A DNA stretch of 64,000 nucleotides from an uncultured Ruminiclostridium sp. (GTDB lineage: Bacteria > Bacillota > Clostridia > Oscillospirales > Ruminococcaceae): contig CANRII010000001.1 of assembly GCA_947630685.1 (NCBI GenBank), positions 199 to 64,198 of the forward strand, given 5' to 3'. Shown here in pieces: positions 54,532-64,000 of the stretch (position 1 is its first letter; each line of letters begins with the position of its first letter). The position numbers and the translations under genes were made by a program. The notes below the pieces were generated by a model that ran no database searches, was not told where the DNA came from, and saw nothing but the letters and a program-made list of their open reading frames with translations.

Positions 54532-55374
54532 TTACAGAGTACACAAAAATTTCAGATCCTCCGACGTTATTATATAAGTAAATTTGTTTCCCTTATATTC
54601 ACCTGTACTATATTTTATATTGTTTTTCTCAAGGACTGCCAGCATCTCTTTTATTGTCTGCTTTTCGCCGGGGCGGTTTGAATCATCCATAAAAATTACA
54701 AAGCTATCCTCAAGGCAACTCGGTAAAACGCGCAGAATATCTACACGGGCATATATTTTCGCATAACCTCCGAACGGTCCATCAATTGAAATAAGATCGA
54801 ATTTTTTGCCTTTTAATGCCTCTTCAAATCCCTCGTAAGCATAAACTTCGGTGTCGTTCTTATAAACCGATTTATCAGTCAGCGGTAACAACTGAATGCG
54901 TATATTATCCGGAAGGTGATTAGCTTGCTTGTAAAAGTCTATCCACTTCTCGTCGTGCTCCACAACGGTATGAGATATGCTCTTATTTTTAGCGGCATAC
55001 TGAGAAATCATATTCGTTGTCTGTCCCAAACCAAGTTCCAAAATACTATGCGGACGAAACTCGTCCAATGTTCGGTAGAGGGCGTACAGGAAAGGATATC
55101 CCGCTGCCCATCTGCCGGGTGAAAACTTTTTGTTCTCCAACCAATCTGAACGAGCTATTGTGCTGTTAAAGACCTCTGCCCAAACTATCTCGCCGGAGTT
55201 TCTGCTGGCGTCATTGCTGAGCCTCATGATTTCTTTCGCGTTTTTCAAGAGCATTTGTATCTGTTCTTGTTGTTCTTTTTGCAACGCGTCCATATGCTCC
55301 ACAATTTGTTTTAATTCGGATACCTGCTCGGTAAGCTCGGATATTAACCGTTTATCTGTTGTTTCCATTGGCAA
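54532..55374 (-). CDS. Coiled-coil plus class I SAM-dependent methyltransferase-like protein
   Basis: N-terminal heptads LTEQVSELKQIVEHMDALQKEQQEQIQML; ILELGLGQTT, VVEHD, DLISIDGP, MDDSNR. Confidence 0.65.
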   Translation of the reverse strand: MPMETTDKRLISELTEQVSELKQIVEHMDALQKEQQEQIQMLLKNAKEIMRLSNDASRNSGEIVWAEVFNSTIARSDWLENKKFSPGRWAAGYPFLYALYRTLDEFRPHSILELGLGQTTNMISQYAAKNKSISHTVVEHDEKWIDFYKQANHLPDNIRIQLLPLTDKSVYKNDTEVYAYEGFEEALKGKKFDLISIDGPFGGYAKIYARVDILRVLPSCLEDSFVIFMDDSNRPGEKQTIKEMLAVLEKNNIKYSTGEYKGNKFTYIITSEDLKFLCTL

Positions 55375-55449
55375 ATTCCCTATTTAATAATTAAATTTTT
55401 GTGTATGAAAGTACAAGCAAACGCTGCCCTCGGCCCCCACACAGCCGTT

Positions 55450-58400
55450 CTACTTTTTATGTTGTTCCAGAGCTGCGATTTTTTTTGCCTGCTCTGCAAC
55501 TTTAGTTTCAAGGGTTTTTCTTTCTTTTCTGTTCCACGTTAATTTTTCGATAACTTCTTTTTCCGTTCGAATTTCGGTGTCGGAAACCTTTATTTTTCTG
55601 TCGGGGCTGCTGAGCTCAGCAACTTTTTGGCTTAGGGCTTTTAGCTTGTAATCAAAGTAAGCGGTACAGCCATCATGATCTTGTGCTTCGGAAATATTGA
55701 TAAATTGACTGTATTCCGATTTATTATCATAAAAATTCTTACCATAATCCCTTATATCAAGGTTTTCAAACCACTCTTCTCGCAGCTTATCAAACAGCAT
55801 GATCGCCTGTTCCTGAGGGAGCGTATTGAAATTCCATAAACAGCTGTGCAAAGCATAATTAACAAACGACCTTCTGTATCTGTCATATACTCCCATATTG
55901 ACAAGCTCACCGCGAACCTTGTTTAACGCGTAGTAGAAGCATTGCCATGAGAGATATCGGGTAGATGAAAGAGAATCGGGATTGTTTCTCCTCTGATTGT
56001 ACAGGCTTTCTTTCACAATAGTTATTGAATCAGCCTTAAAAAGAGAAGCAAACACGAAATACATATCATTTGTCGTTCTCTGTTCTTGGAACAAAAGTCC
56101 GTTATCAAGTACGAAATCTTTTCTGTAAAGCTTATCCCATGCCCATCCCATAAAGACTTTGAATTCATTGCCGTTAATTTCGGAAATATTGAAAACATCC
56201 TCTTTGGGGAGCATTTCGGGTCTTATCGAAAATGTGCAGGGTTTTCTTTCACGAGTCTGATAGTCAAATAGGCTTGATGCAAATATGCAAATATCTGCAT
56301 TTCGGCTTGTGATCGCCGTATATGTCTTTTTAAGCAGATCACGCTCAACGTAATCGTCCGCGTCGGGAAAATAAAGATACTCGCCGTTAGCCGCCGCGAT
56401 CCCTTTATTTCTCGCCACTCCTGCTCCGCCGTTTTCCTGGTCAATAATGACAACACGATCATCAAGAAGAGCATATTCCGTTAAAATCTCCAACGAATTA
56501 TCCGTTGAGCCGTCATTTACACAGATAAGCTCTATATCATCAAGCGTCTGATCCAAAAAGCTGTCAAGGCACTCACACAAATACTTGCCTACATTGTAAA
56601 CCGGAAGGATAACAGATACCTTAACACCGCCGTTTCTCTTTATTGAATAGAAATAATCCTCCGGATCGCGTATAATATAATTCAGCTCATTCCACTGCCG
56701 GTCTGTAAACGCGCTTTTATCAAGTCCGTTGGCGTTTTTTTCTTCGATGAATATATCGTGAATATAATTTATATATTCCTGTTTTGCATTTATATCAATA
56801 TCAGATAATAAGGACATATAAGCATCGTATTTTCTTTCCTGATAAGAGGATAAGAATCTTTCCTTGGCGACAGGCTTAGCGTCAAGATAATCAAGAATAT
56901 GAGCATATTCCGACTGTATGCTTTTGCATTTATTAACATAAGATGCTTTATCAGTTTTAACGCATCTGTTAAAGTAAAAAGGCTTATCGATAAACATACA
57001 TTTTTCAGCTTCTGCAAACACCTTGAATATAAACACGCTGTCGGCAGGAAGTGCATCGGCATCTTCGGTATACCGAATTAGTCTTTTCTTCAAAAACAAT
57101 GTACGATAAACGGCGCTTAATCCGTTTTTGCCGTATTTTAAGCAATGTGTGTAAATGTAAGGATGAATAACTCTGTTATAATCACTTGATCCATCGCACA
57201 GCTTTACATCTCGATTTCTAGATATCGCAAAATTGCTGAAATCTGACATAACAAAATCCAGATCGTTCTTAACAGCCCGACTGTAAAGTGTTTCAAGCAT
57301 ACCGGGAAGAATATAGTCTTTTGCATTTATTATGGTGACATATTCACCTGAAGCCATGTCTATTCCCAGATTAACAGTCCGACCGTAATCTTTATCCGAT
57401 TTATCAATAACCTTAACGCTCGATTCAACAGCGGCAATTTCTTTTAACACATCAAGAGAATTATCGGTTGAACCGTAATTTATGCATATAACTTCGACAT
57501 CGCCCAATGTCTGCCCGATTATACTATTTATGCATTTTCTGACATAGCTTTCCGCATTATAAACAGGAACAATGACTGAAACTTTAGCTTTGTCTTTAGA
57601 TCCTTTGCAGTTAATACGCTCTTTTATTAAACTTTTTTCAACCGTATTCCTAACAACCGGCATACTTCTAAACGCATTCTCATCAAATCTACTGCCATAG
57701 ACATATATGTATTCTTCCTCGTCAAGACGGATGATTTCGCTGTATTCGGCGTACCAGGATCTGACAGAATAGTCGCTATAAGTATTTTTTATAAAATCAA
57801 TATCCGACGAAATATTCTCGAAGAAACGCTTAGTAGGTTCAAATACAATATGAAAACGCTTATCCGATATTGCTTTGAATTCATCAAGTATGCATCTTAT
57901 TTCTCCTTGATAAACATCTGCTTTGACCTTGCTTTCTTCGTCACGGATCAACTCTGAAACAGCCTTATAGGACTCAAAACGTTCCAGGAAGCGTTTTGTG
58001 CATTGTTCGGAAAAAACATTATCCTTTTCTGATACACTAAAAACAAGCTCTTCATTAAGGAAAAGCGTTTTCTCGGCATTTAACAAAGCATTTACACACG
58101 GGAGCCAATCAAAGGAATAATCAAAATTGCCGAAATGAAAATTAATTTCATCCGAATAATCTTTGCGCAGCATAACTCCGGAAAGCGTCATATTAATTTT
58201 AAGGAATAAATCGCTGTTGTATCTGAAATTAATAAGTTTTCCGGTTTTATCAACGGCAACATCGGACATTTCTTTAATTCCGGTATTGAGTCTGTAACTT
58301 GTTTTTACGATATCAGCACCGATTTTTTCAGCGCTGCTGTACATAGTTTTAAGCGCATTGGGATTGAGATACTCATCGGGCTCGATGAAAATATAATACT

Positions 58401-61400
58401 TACCAAAGACATATTCAAGAGCCTTGTTCCTCGCTTCTCCGCTGCTTAATCTTTCTGCTGTGTCGATCATTAAAATGCGGCTGTCATTAACCGCATATTT
58501 TTTTATAATGTCAACAGAACTGTCATCAGAGCAGTTATTTACACATATAATTTCCAACTTCGTAAAAGTCTGACGCAATATACTCTCAATACACTTTTTT
58601 ATTGTCGAAGCATTATTATTAAAAGTAACTATAACAGAAACCTGAATTTTCTTACTCAAGTCATCATCAACGAATTTGTCCGGATCCTCGATCATTCGTT
58701 CTATCTTATCCCATTCGTTATCATTAAAAAGGCTTCTGTCCAGCTCATTATTATCCATAGCCTGCCGATATTCGTCAGCAAAATGCCTTGCGAAATCGTG
58801 TTTGTATATATTATTTATTCTGTTGTAATTAAAAAGATAATTTCTGAATCTTGAAATATGATATATCCCAATAAATTTTTCAAAAATATATCGGTTCTGT
58901 TCAAGAATAGTCCTCACATGGCTGTATTCATCCTTCATGCACCATACCTTAGTAGGACTCATAACCGAGGAATTCGGATTGTCGCGTCTGTTCATATAAT
59001 ACGGATTGTTACAGAACATTGCTCTTTTTGCGAAAATAAATGTCTGAAACCAAAAACCGTTATCTTGAAAAGAGGCTCCGGGAGTTTCGTTGTGCCTTAT
59101 TCCATGCTGCTCAAGAAAACTTCTCTTATATATACCGCTCCATGTGTTGAGGGTATATCTGAAACAATCAGGATGATTGCCGGGTGTCATAACAAAGTTA
59201 TAATTTTTGTCATCACCGGCAATTTTGTTGTACATTAACACAAACTGTCCAAATTCATCATGAGTAAACCTGTTGAAATCAGCCTTGATAAAGTCGAGAT
59301 CGTTTTCAACTGCGATATTATACAGATCTCCGAACATATTTACATCAACAAAATCATCGGGCTCGATTATGCCGATATACTCGCCTTTAGCCTTATCAAT
59401 GCCGTAATTCATAGCCATGCCGTAACCGCCGTTTTCCTTATCGATGATTAAAATGCGGTCGTCCTCGGCGGCATACTCCTTGATTATCTCAAGGCAGTTA
59501 TCTGTCGAACCGTCGTTCACAACAATAATTTCGATATCGTCAAGCGTCTGATTAACAGCGCTGTCAAGACATATCCTCATATACTGTTCCACGTTATATG
59601 TAGGTATAATTATAGAAACCTTGGGTGCGGCGTTTTTGTCTATCTCTTTTCTTTCGGATATTATTTGACGCATTTCATCGTATAAGTCCTGATTGACAAA
59701 AAGCTCCCGCGGCGATGAGGCGATATCCAGAGCATCGAAAAATTTGCGCTTCAGACTTTGGCGGATAAGATCGCGAAAATGCTCGCGATAATTATGCATA
59801 TTCCATATTGAAAAATCGATCGCCCAGTTCACAAAGCTCTTTTTATATTCTTTATAGATCTTATGGTCGATAAGATAATTCTTCAGAGCAAGCAGCGCGT
59901 CATAGAAATTATGCCACAAATATTCGATATCCTTGGAAAGAGTTTTTGTGTGATTTACTCTTTGATGCACAAGGATCCTATCCAATGTTGTGATCTTATC
60001 CGCGGCGGTATAAGCCGATAATGTAAACAGCATATCGTTGCAGGAAAGCACGCTCTGAAATTCAAGTTTATTCTCCATAACAAACGAACGCTTGTACAGC
60101 TTATCCCAGGCTGTACAGCTTGTCATGGTAAAGATCACATCTGCGCAGTCGCGGCGGGAAAAAGGACGCTGCTCCGGCATAACTTCGAGCTTGAGCGTCC
60201 ACGGGCATTCGTGAAACTGCTTTGACGGTTCGTCAAACTGATCACATCTGAAAGCGCATATCTCGGAATCCGTATCTTTAATAACTGTATACGCCGCTTC
60301 CAGCATATCCGGCTCGAAAAAGTCGTCTGCGTCAAGGAATGAAAGATATTCTCCTTCCGCAAGCTCTATACCGGCATTTCGGCTTTCGCCCGCGTTTGAA
60401 TGTTCTTTATCAATAACAATAATCCTATCGTCGCGCGACTCATATTCCTTGAGGATATCAGCGGTGCTGTCTGTAGAACCGTCGTTTACGCAAATTATCT
60501 GTATCTCCCCAAGCGTCTGGCCGCATACGCTGTCAAGGCATTGACGAATGTACTTTTCCCCGTTATATACGGGTATAATAACGGAGACCCTGACCTCGCT
60601 CATTATCCTTTGCAAACGCTTATATTCATGATCGTACAAAAAATAGGACGGCGCGTTATTCAGAATATCCAGCTTTTCAAAATATTCTTCCCTGCATTTT
60701 TGCTTTATTTCTCTGCTAAACTTCTTATCCAGCGTGTCGATATTCCATAAGCTGAAATTCAGCGCCCAGTTTACAAAGCTGTGTCTGAAAATATCATATA
60801 CTCCGTCGGTAATAAGCTGCTCCTTTAACGCCATAAGCGCAAGGTAAAAGTTGTCGCACGACAATTCACGCGTTACGGATAAAGTATTGTATGCGTTTAT
60901 CCTCCTGTGGGCAAACAGCGTATCCATTACATAAATGCTTTTTGCTTTAGAATAAAGGTAAAATACAAAAAACATATCGTTGGAGGTCCGTATCTCCTGA
61001 AAACGAGCATTGTTTTCTTCTACAAAATCTCTCCTGAACAGCTTGTCCCACGCCCAGCCGCAGCCTATATTGAATATCCTGTCAGGTATGTCCATAGCGC
61101 CGAACGGATTGATATCCGGCAGTACGTCCTCTTTCACGCTGTAATCGCAAGGTATAAACTTATGCTCTTGTTCATCATAGAAATCAGACTTAAACACAAC
61201 GATATCCGCGTCCTCGACTTTTGCGGCATAGTACGCCTTTTTCAGCATATCGGGTTCAAAAAAATCATCTGAGTCCAAAACAGACAGATACTCGCCCTTA
61301 GCCGCCGGCAAGCCTTTGTTGCGTGCCGCTCCCGCGCCGGCGTGCTCCTGCCGGATTATCTGTATCCTGCTGTCCTTTAGCCGATATTCTTCAAGTATTT

Positions 61401-61590
61401 GAGGCGATCGATCCGTTGAGCCGTCATCGACGCAAATAATTTCAATATTATTGAGCGTTTGTCCGATAACGCTTTCCAGGCACTGCTTCAAATATGCTTC
61501 CACATTATATACGGCAATTATGACAGATACCATCGGCGAATTATTCGCGGCCGACCCTGACATATTTGTATTGGCAGATTTATCATTCAT
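55450..61590 (-). CDS. Six-domain GT2 glycosyltransferase (2046 aa)
   Basis: Six VS[VI]I-type GT-A starts. DxD-region motifs in order: LDSDD, LDADD, IEPDD, IEPDE, INAKD, PDADD. C-terminal coiled coil. Confidence 0.9.
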   Translation of the reverse strand: MNDKSANTNMSGSAANNSPMVSVIIAVYNVEAYLKQCLESVIGQTLNNIEIICVDDGSTDRSPQILEEYRLKDSRIQIIRQEHAGAGAARNKGLPAAKGEYLSVLDSDDFFEPDMLKKAYYAAKVEDADIVVFKSDFYDEQEHKFIPCDYSVKEDVLPDINPFGAMDIPDRIFNIGCGWAWDKLFRRDFVEENNARFQEIRTSNDMFFVFYLYSKAKSIYVMDTLFAHRRINAYNTLSVTRELSCDNFYLALMALKEQLITDGVYDIFRHSFVNWALNFSLWNIDTLDKKFSREIKQKCREEYFEKLDILNNAPSYFLYDHEYKRLQRIMSEVRVSVIIPVYNGEKYIRQCLDSVCGQTLGEIQIICVNDGSTDSTADILKEYESRDDRIIVIDKEHSNAGESRNAGIELAEGEYLSFLDADDFFEPDMLEAAYTVIKDTDSEICAFRCDQFDEPSKQFHECPWTLKLEVMPEQRPFSRRDCADVIFTMTSCTAWDKLYKRSFVMENKLEFQSVLSCNDMLFTLSAYTAADKITTLDRILVHQRVNHTKTLSKDIEYLWHNFYDALLALKNYLIDHKIYKEYKKSFVNWAIDFSIWNMHNYREHFRDLIRQSLKRKFFDALDIASSPRELFVNQDLYDEMRQIISERKEIDKNAAPKVSIIIPTYNVEQYMRICLDSAVNQTLDDIEIIVVNDGSTDNCLEIIKEYAAEDDRILIIDKENGGYGMAMNYGIDKAKGEYIGIIEPDDFVDVNMFGDLYNIAVENDLDFIKADFNRFTHDEFGQFVLMYNKIAGDDKNYNFVMTPGNHPDCFRYTLNTWSGIYKRSFLEQHGIRHNETPGASFQDNGFWFQTFIFAKRAMFCNNPYYMNRRDNPNSSVMSPTKVWCMKDEYSHVRTILEQNRYIFEKFIGIYHISRFRNYLFNYNRINNIYKHDFARHFADEYRQAMDNNELDRSLFNDNEWDKIERMIEDPDKFVDDDLSKKIQVSVIVTFNNNASTIKKCIESILRQTFTKLEIICVNNCSDDSSVDIIKKYAVNDSRILMIDTAERLSSGEARNKALEYVFGKYYIFIEPDEYLNPNALKTMYSSAEKIGADIVKTSYRLNTGIKEMSDVAVDKTGKLINFRYNSDLFLKINMTLSGVMLRKDYSDEINFHFGNFDYSFDWLPCVNALLNAEKTLFLNEELVFSVSEKDNVFSEQCTKRFLERFESYKAVSELIRDEESKVKADVYQGEIRCILDEFKAISDKRFHIVFEPTKRFFENISSDIDFIKNTYSDYSVRSWYAEYSEIIRLDEEEYIYVYGSRFDENAFRSMPVVRNTVEKSLIKERINCKGSKDKAKVSVIVPVYNAESYVRKCINSIIGQTLGDVEVICINYGSTDNSLDVLKEIAAVESSVKVIDKSDKDYGRTVNLGIDMASGEYVTIINAKDYILPGMLETLYSRAVKNDLDFVMSDFSNFAISRNRDVKLCDGSSDYNRVIHPYIYTHCLKYGKNGLSAVYRTLFLKKRLIRYTEDADALPADSVFIFKVFAEAEKCMFIDKPFYFNRCVKTDKASYVNKCKSIQSEYAHILDYLDAKPVAKERFLSSYQERKYDAYMSLLSDIDINAKQEYINYIHDIFIEEKNANGLDKSAFTDRQWNELNYIIRDPEDYFYSIKRNGGVKVSVILPVYNVGKYLCECLDSFLDQTLDDIELICVNDGSTDNSLEILTEYALLDDRVVIIDQENGGAGVARNKGIAAANGEYLYFPDADDYVERDLLKKTYTAITSRNADICIFASSLFDYQTRERKPCTFSIRPEMLPKEDVFNISEINGNEFKVFMGWAWDKLYRKDFVLDNGLLFQEQRTTNDMYFVFASLFKADSITIVKESLYNQRRNNPDSLSSTRYLSWQCFYYALNKVRGELVNMGVYDRYRRSFVNYALHSCLWNFNTLPQEQAIMLFDKLREEWFENLDIRDYGKNFYDNKSEYSQFINISEAQDHDGCTAYFDYKLKALSQKVAELSSPDRKIKVSDTEIRTEKEVIEKLTWNRKERKTLETKVAEQAKKIAALEQHKK

Positions 61591-61621
61591 AACTTATACC
61601 TCTCTATAATTATTTGAATTT

Positions 61622-62836
61622 TCAATCTCTCTTGAAAATGTCTTTTGTATACACCTTTTCAGCTACGTCGTCCAGACAGTTGTCATATCTGTTTGCGATT
61701 ATTATATCGCAGACTCGCTTGAATTTTGAAATATCGTTTATTATCGGAGTACCCTCAAATACAGCATTGTCGCTGATCGTAGGTTCATAAATAACCAGCT
61801 TTGCTCCCGCCGCTTTAAGGCGTCTCATAATGCCCTGAACCGAGCTGTGACGAAAATTGTCGCTGTTGCTCTTCATTATAAGTCTGAATATTCCTACGGT
61901 TGGCGGCCGATCGGACGGCGCTTTGTTATATCCCGACTTTTCAAGTATACGTTGAGCGATAAAATCTTTCCTCGTTCGGTTGCTCTCAACTATTGCTCCG
62001 ATAAGATTTTCCGGAACATCATGATAATTTGCAAGCAATTGCTTGGTATCTTTCGGCAGGCAATACCCGCCGTATCCAAAGCTGGGATTATTATAAAAAT
62101 CCCCTATTCTCGGATCAAGGCAGACTCCCGATATTATCTGTCTGCTGTCAAGGCCTTTCATTTCCGCATAAGTGTCCAGCTCGTTGAAATAGCTCACTCT
62201 AAGCGCAAGGTATGTATTTGCAAATAATTTTACAGCTTCCGCTTCTGCCGAGCCCATATGAAGGACAGGTATATTTTCTTTTATCGCGCCTTCCTGCATA
62301 AGCTCCGAATAAATTTTGGCCGCTTTGACAAGATCCTGATTTGTAATATCATAACCGATGATTATTCTCGACGGATAAAGATTATCATATAAAGCTTTGG
62401 ATTCTCTCAGAAATTCAGGGCTGAACATTATTTTTTCATATCCCGTTTTTTCCTTTAGCTGCTTTGTATATCCGACAGGAATTGTAGATTTGATGATTAT
62501 AACGGCGTTTTTATTGCAGCTCAATATTTTTTCTGCCGTGTCTTCAATGCACGATGTATCAAAATAATTTTTCTCAGGATCATAATTCGTCGGGACTGCA
62601 ACAATGATCATCTCTGCATCGGAATAAGCCGCGTCAGCATCAACTGTCGCAATCAGATTTAATTCCTTTTCCCGAAAATATGCTTCAATTTCTTTATCTG
62701 CAATAGGGGATCTTCTGTTGTTGACCATGTCAACTTTATCCTTGACAACATCAACCGCGATAACTTCATTCTTCTGGGCAAGCAATGTAGCAATTGACAG
62801 TCCCACATATCCAAGTCCCACAACAACAGTTTTCAT
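61622..62836 (-). CDS. ugd: UDP-glucose 6-dehydrogenase
   Basis: [48 protein letters not shown]. Confidence 0.93.
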   Translation of the reverse strand: MKTVVVGLGYVGLSIATLLAQKNEVIAVDVVKDKVDMVNNRRSPIADKEIEAYFREKELNLIATVDADAAYSDAEMIIVAVPTNYDPEKNYFDTSCIEDTAEKILSCNKNAVIIIKSTIPVGYTKQLKEKTGYEKIMFSPEFLRESKALYDNLYPSRIIIGYDITNQDLVKAAKIYSELMQEGAIKENIPVLHMGSAEAEAVKLFANTYLALRVSYFNELDTYAEMKGLDSRQIISGVCLDPRIGDFYNNPSFGYGGYCLPKDTKQLLANYHDVPENLIGAIVESNRTRKDFIAQRILEKSGYNKAPSDRPPTVGIFRLIMKSNSDNFRHSSVQGIMRRLKAAGAKLVIYEPTISDNAVFEGTPIINDISKFKRVCDIIIANRYDNCLDDVAEKVYTKDIFKRD

Positions 62837-62879
62837 ATATCTTTCCTTTCAACGATTCGTTATATCGATATACATTTCG

Positions 62880-63791
62880 TTACATTTTTTCTTTAATAAT
62901 ATAATCCATTGTCCTTTTTATCCCCTCTTCAAAGGGTATTTCGGATCTAAACCCCGTATCTTTTTCTGTAGCTGAGCAGTCAAAGCATTCTAACGGAAGA
63001 TTCACACCGGTAAACGGTACATCTCCAAAAAGAAATTCTTTGTGCGGCGCAACAGTTGATTTTATCTTCAAAAGAAATTCTTTGAGCGGTTTAGCGTCCG
63101 AACTGCCTATAAGATAATGGTAAAACGGCTTTCCGTTCTCGCCGATCAGACGAAACGCCCTCGCCACATCTGTTATATATACAAAATCATAATTCTGAGT
63201 CCCTGATGTAAATTCAAGAGGTTCATCGGCAAGTATTTTTCGCAAAGTAGAATTTATCAGTCTAGGTGAATTTTCTCCCGCGCCATAAGCGTTGGTAATT
63301 TCAGCCCATACCGTTTCTATTCCGATTTGAGCGCCTTTTATCATACATAATGCTCTGGCAGCAAGCTTTGCCGCACCGTATGTATAATTTATACCGGGCT
63401 TGTTTCCTTGTTCGGTAACCGCATAATAGGTCTCATACTCCATTATGCTGCCCGCTCCGACAAAGCGTTTACAGCCTATTTCTTCGGCTTGTTGAAGAGC
63501 GTCTATTGTCCACCCGGTATTTTTGATCTGAACAGAAGCGTCACCTCTTGTTTTTCCGTTCATTCCGAACCATGCTAAGTGGTAATACAGGTCAGGCTTA
63601 AGGTCTGAAAGTCTTTTTGCCACGGCGGACATATTATTCATATCAAATTGGATAAAAACGATTTTATCATCAACGGGAATATTGTTATTGTACAAATCAA
63701 GAGCAATGACCTCGATGCCGTTATTTACGAGCTCCTGCACCAAGGCGCTTCCCACAAATCCGTTCGCACCGGTAACGATCGCTCTTTTCAT
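62880..63791 (-). CDS. NAD-dependent epimerase/dehydratase (CDP-paratose/abequose-synthase-like reductase)
   Basis: GANGFVGS, HLAW, GAGSIMEY, YGAAK; directly downstream of the CDP-glucose dehydratase. Confidence 0.75.
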   Translation of the reverse strand: MKRAIVTGANGFVGSALVQELVNNGIEVIALDLYNNNIPVDDKIVFIQFDMNNMSAVAKRLSDLKPDLYYHLAWFGMNGKTRGDASVQIKNTGWTIDALQQAEEIGCKRFVGAGSIMEYETYYAVTEQGNKPGINYTYGAAKLAARALCMIKGAQIGIETVWAEITNAYGAGENSPRLINSTLRKILADEPLEFTSGTQNYDFVYITDVARAFRLIGENGKPFYHYLIGSSDAKPLKEFLLKIKSTVAPHKEFLFGDVPFTGVNLPLECFDCSATEKDTGFRSEIPFEEGIKRTMDYIIKEKM

Positions 63792-63795
63792 CTGC

Positions 63796-64000
63796 TCAGT
63801 CCTCCCAAAATTCCCCTATCTGCCTTTCCATGCAGATATTGACGTCCTCGCCGGACAGCCATGCTTTCGTCCACTCGACCGTCTTTGTTATCGCGGTTTC
63901 AAGAGCCCAATGCGGCTTCCAACCGAAAGTGGTTTTTAACTTTGAACAGTCCAGCTTCAGAAAATTAGCCTCGTGCGGGCCGCCGTCCGATTTATTTATC
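63796..64000 (-). CDS. rfbG: CDP-glucose 4,6-dehydratase, C-terminal fragment (truncated by window edge)
   Basis: Manual translation: ...GPHEANFLKLDCSKLKTTFGWKPHWALETAITKTVEW...*. Confidence 0.8.
   Translation of the reverse strand, partial: INKSDGGPHEANFLKLDCSKLKTTFGWKPHWALETAITKTVEWTKAWLSGEDVNICMERQIGEFWED

Noticed and set aside
63682-63939. Plus-strand 85-aa ORF
   Set aside because: Antisense shadow of the rfbG C-terminus and the epimerase start.
1-64000. Mobile elements, prophage, rRNA or tRNA genes
   Set aside because: No transposase, integrase or phage motifs, no terminal inverted repeats with target duplications, and no RNA gene signatures recognised by eye; tRNAscan or Infernal would be needed to exclude small RNAs.

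Overview
Bacterial chromosomal window, most likely from a Gram-positive Oscillospiraceae/Ruminococcus-like Firmicute. This is inferred from NPxTG sorting signals, TTGAAA-N17-TGnTATAAT promoters and gene content. Five blocks are visible. (1) 1-9.1 kb: end of an ABC-2 exporter operon, a lipoprotein sharing a duplicated C-terminal domain with the permease fusion next to it, and an M4 metalloprotease ORF with an internal sortase signal. (2) 9.5-14 kb: LytTR/GHKL two-component pair plus a STAS/PP2C/RsbW-like partner-switching module. (3) 14-30.4 kb, minus strand, converging on block 2: 21 tandem Nif11-type double-glycine precursor peptide genes with very diverse cores (7-mers, amphipathic helices, Zn-ribbon mini-domains). 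Upstream of them lie an HxxxD CoA-dependent acyltransferase, an ECF sigma factor coupled to a small leader-mimic ORF, an NHLM-type peptidase/ABC export cassette, a CstA-family transporter and a DUF3089 hydrolase. No LanM, YcaO or radical-SAM maturase is present in the window. This block is the best candidate for an undescribed system. (4) 30.8-40.3 kb: wall-anchored 5'-nucleotidase and housekeeping genes (rsmI, tRNA methyltransferase, RING-like protein, metY). (5) 40.5-64 kb: a more AT-rich surface-glycan locus. It holds a GDP-heptose pathway extended by a ColD-like dehydratase, a GT11 fusion, a frameshifted SGNH gene behind a G8 tract, panD beside an AsnB-like ligase, a six-domain GT2 protein, ugd and CDP-sugar enzymes. 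No rRNA, tRNA, CRISPR array or mobile element was recognised. All assignments come from motif recognition by eye; no searches were run.
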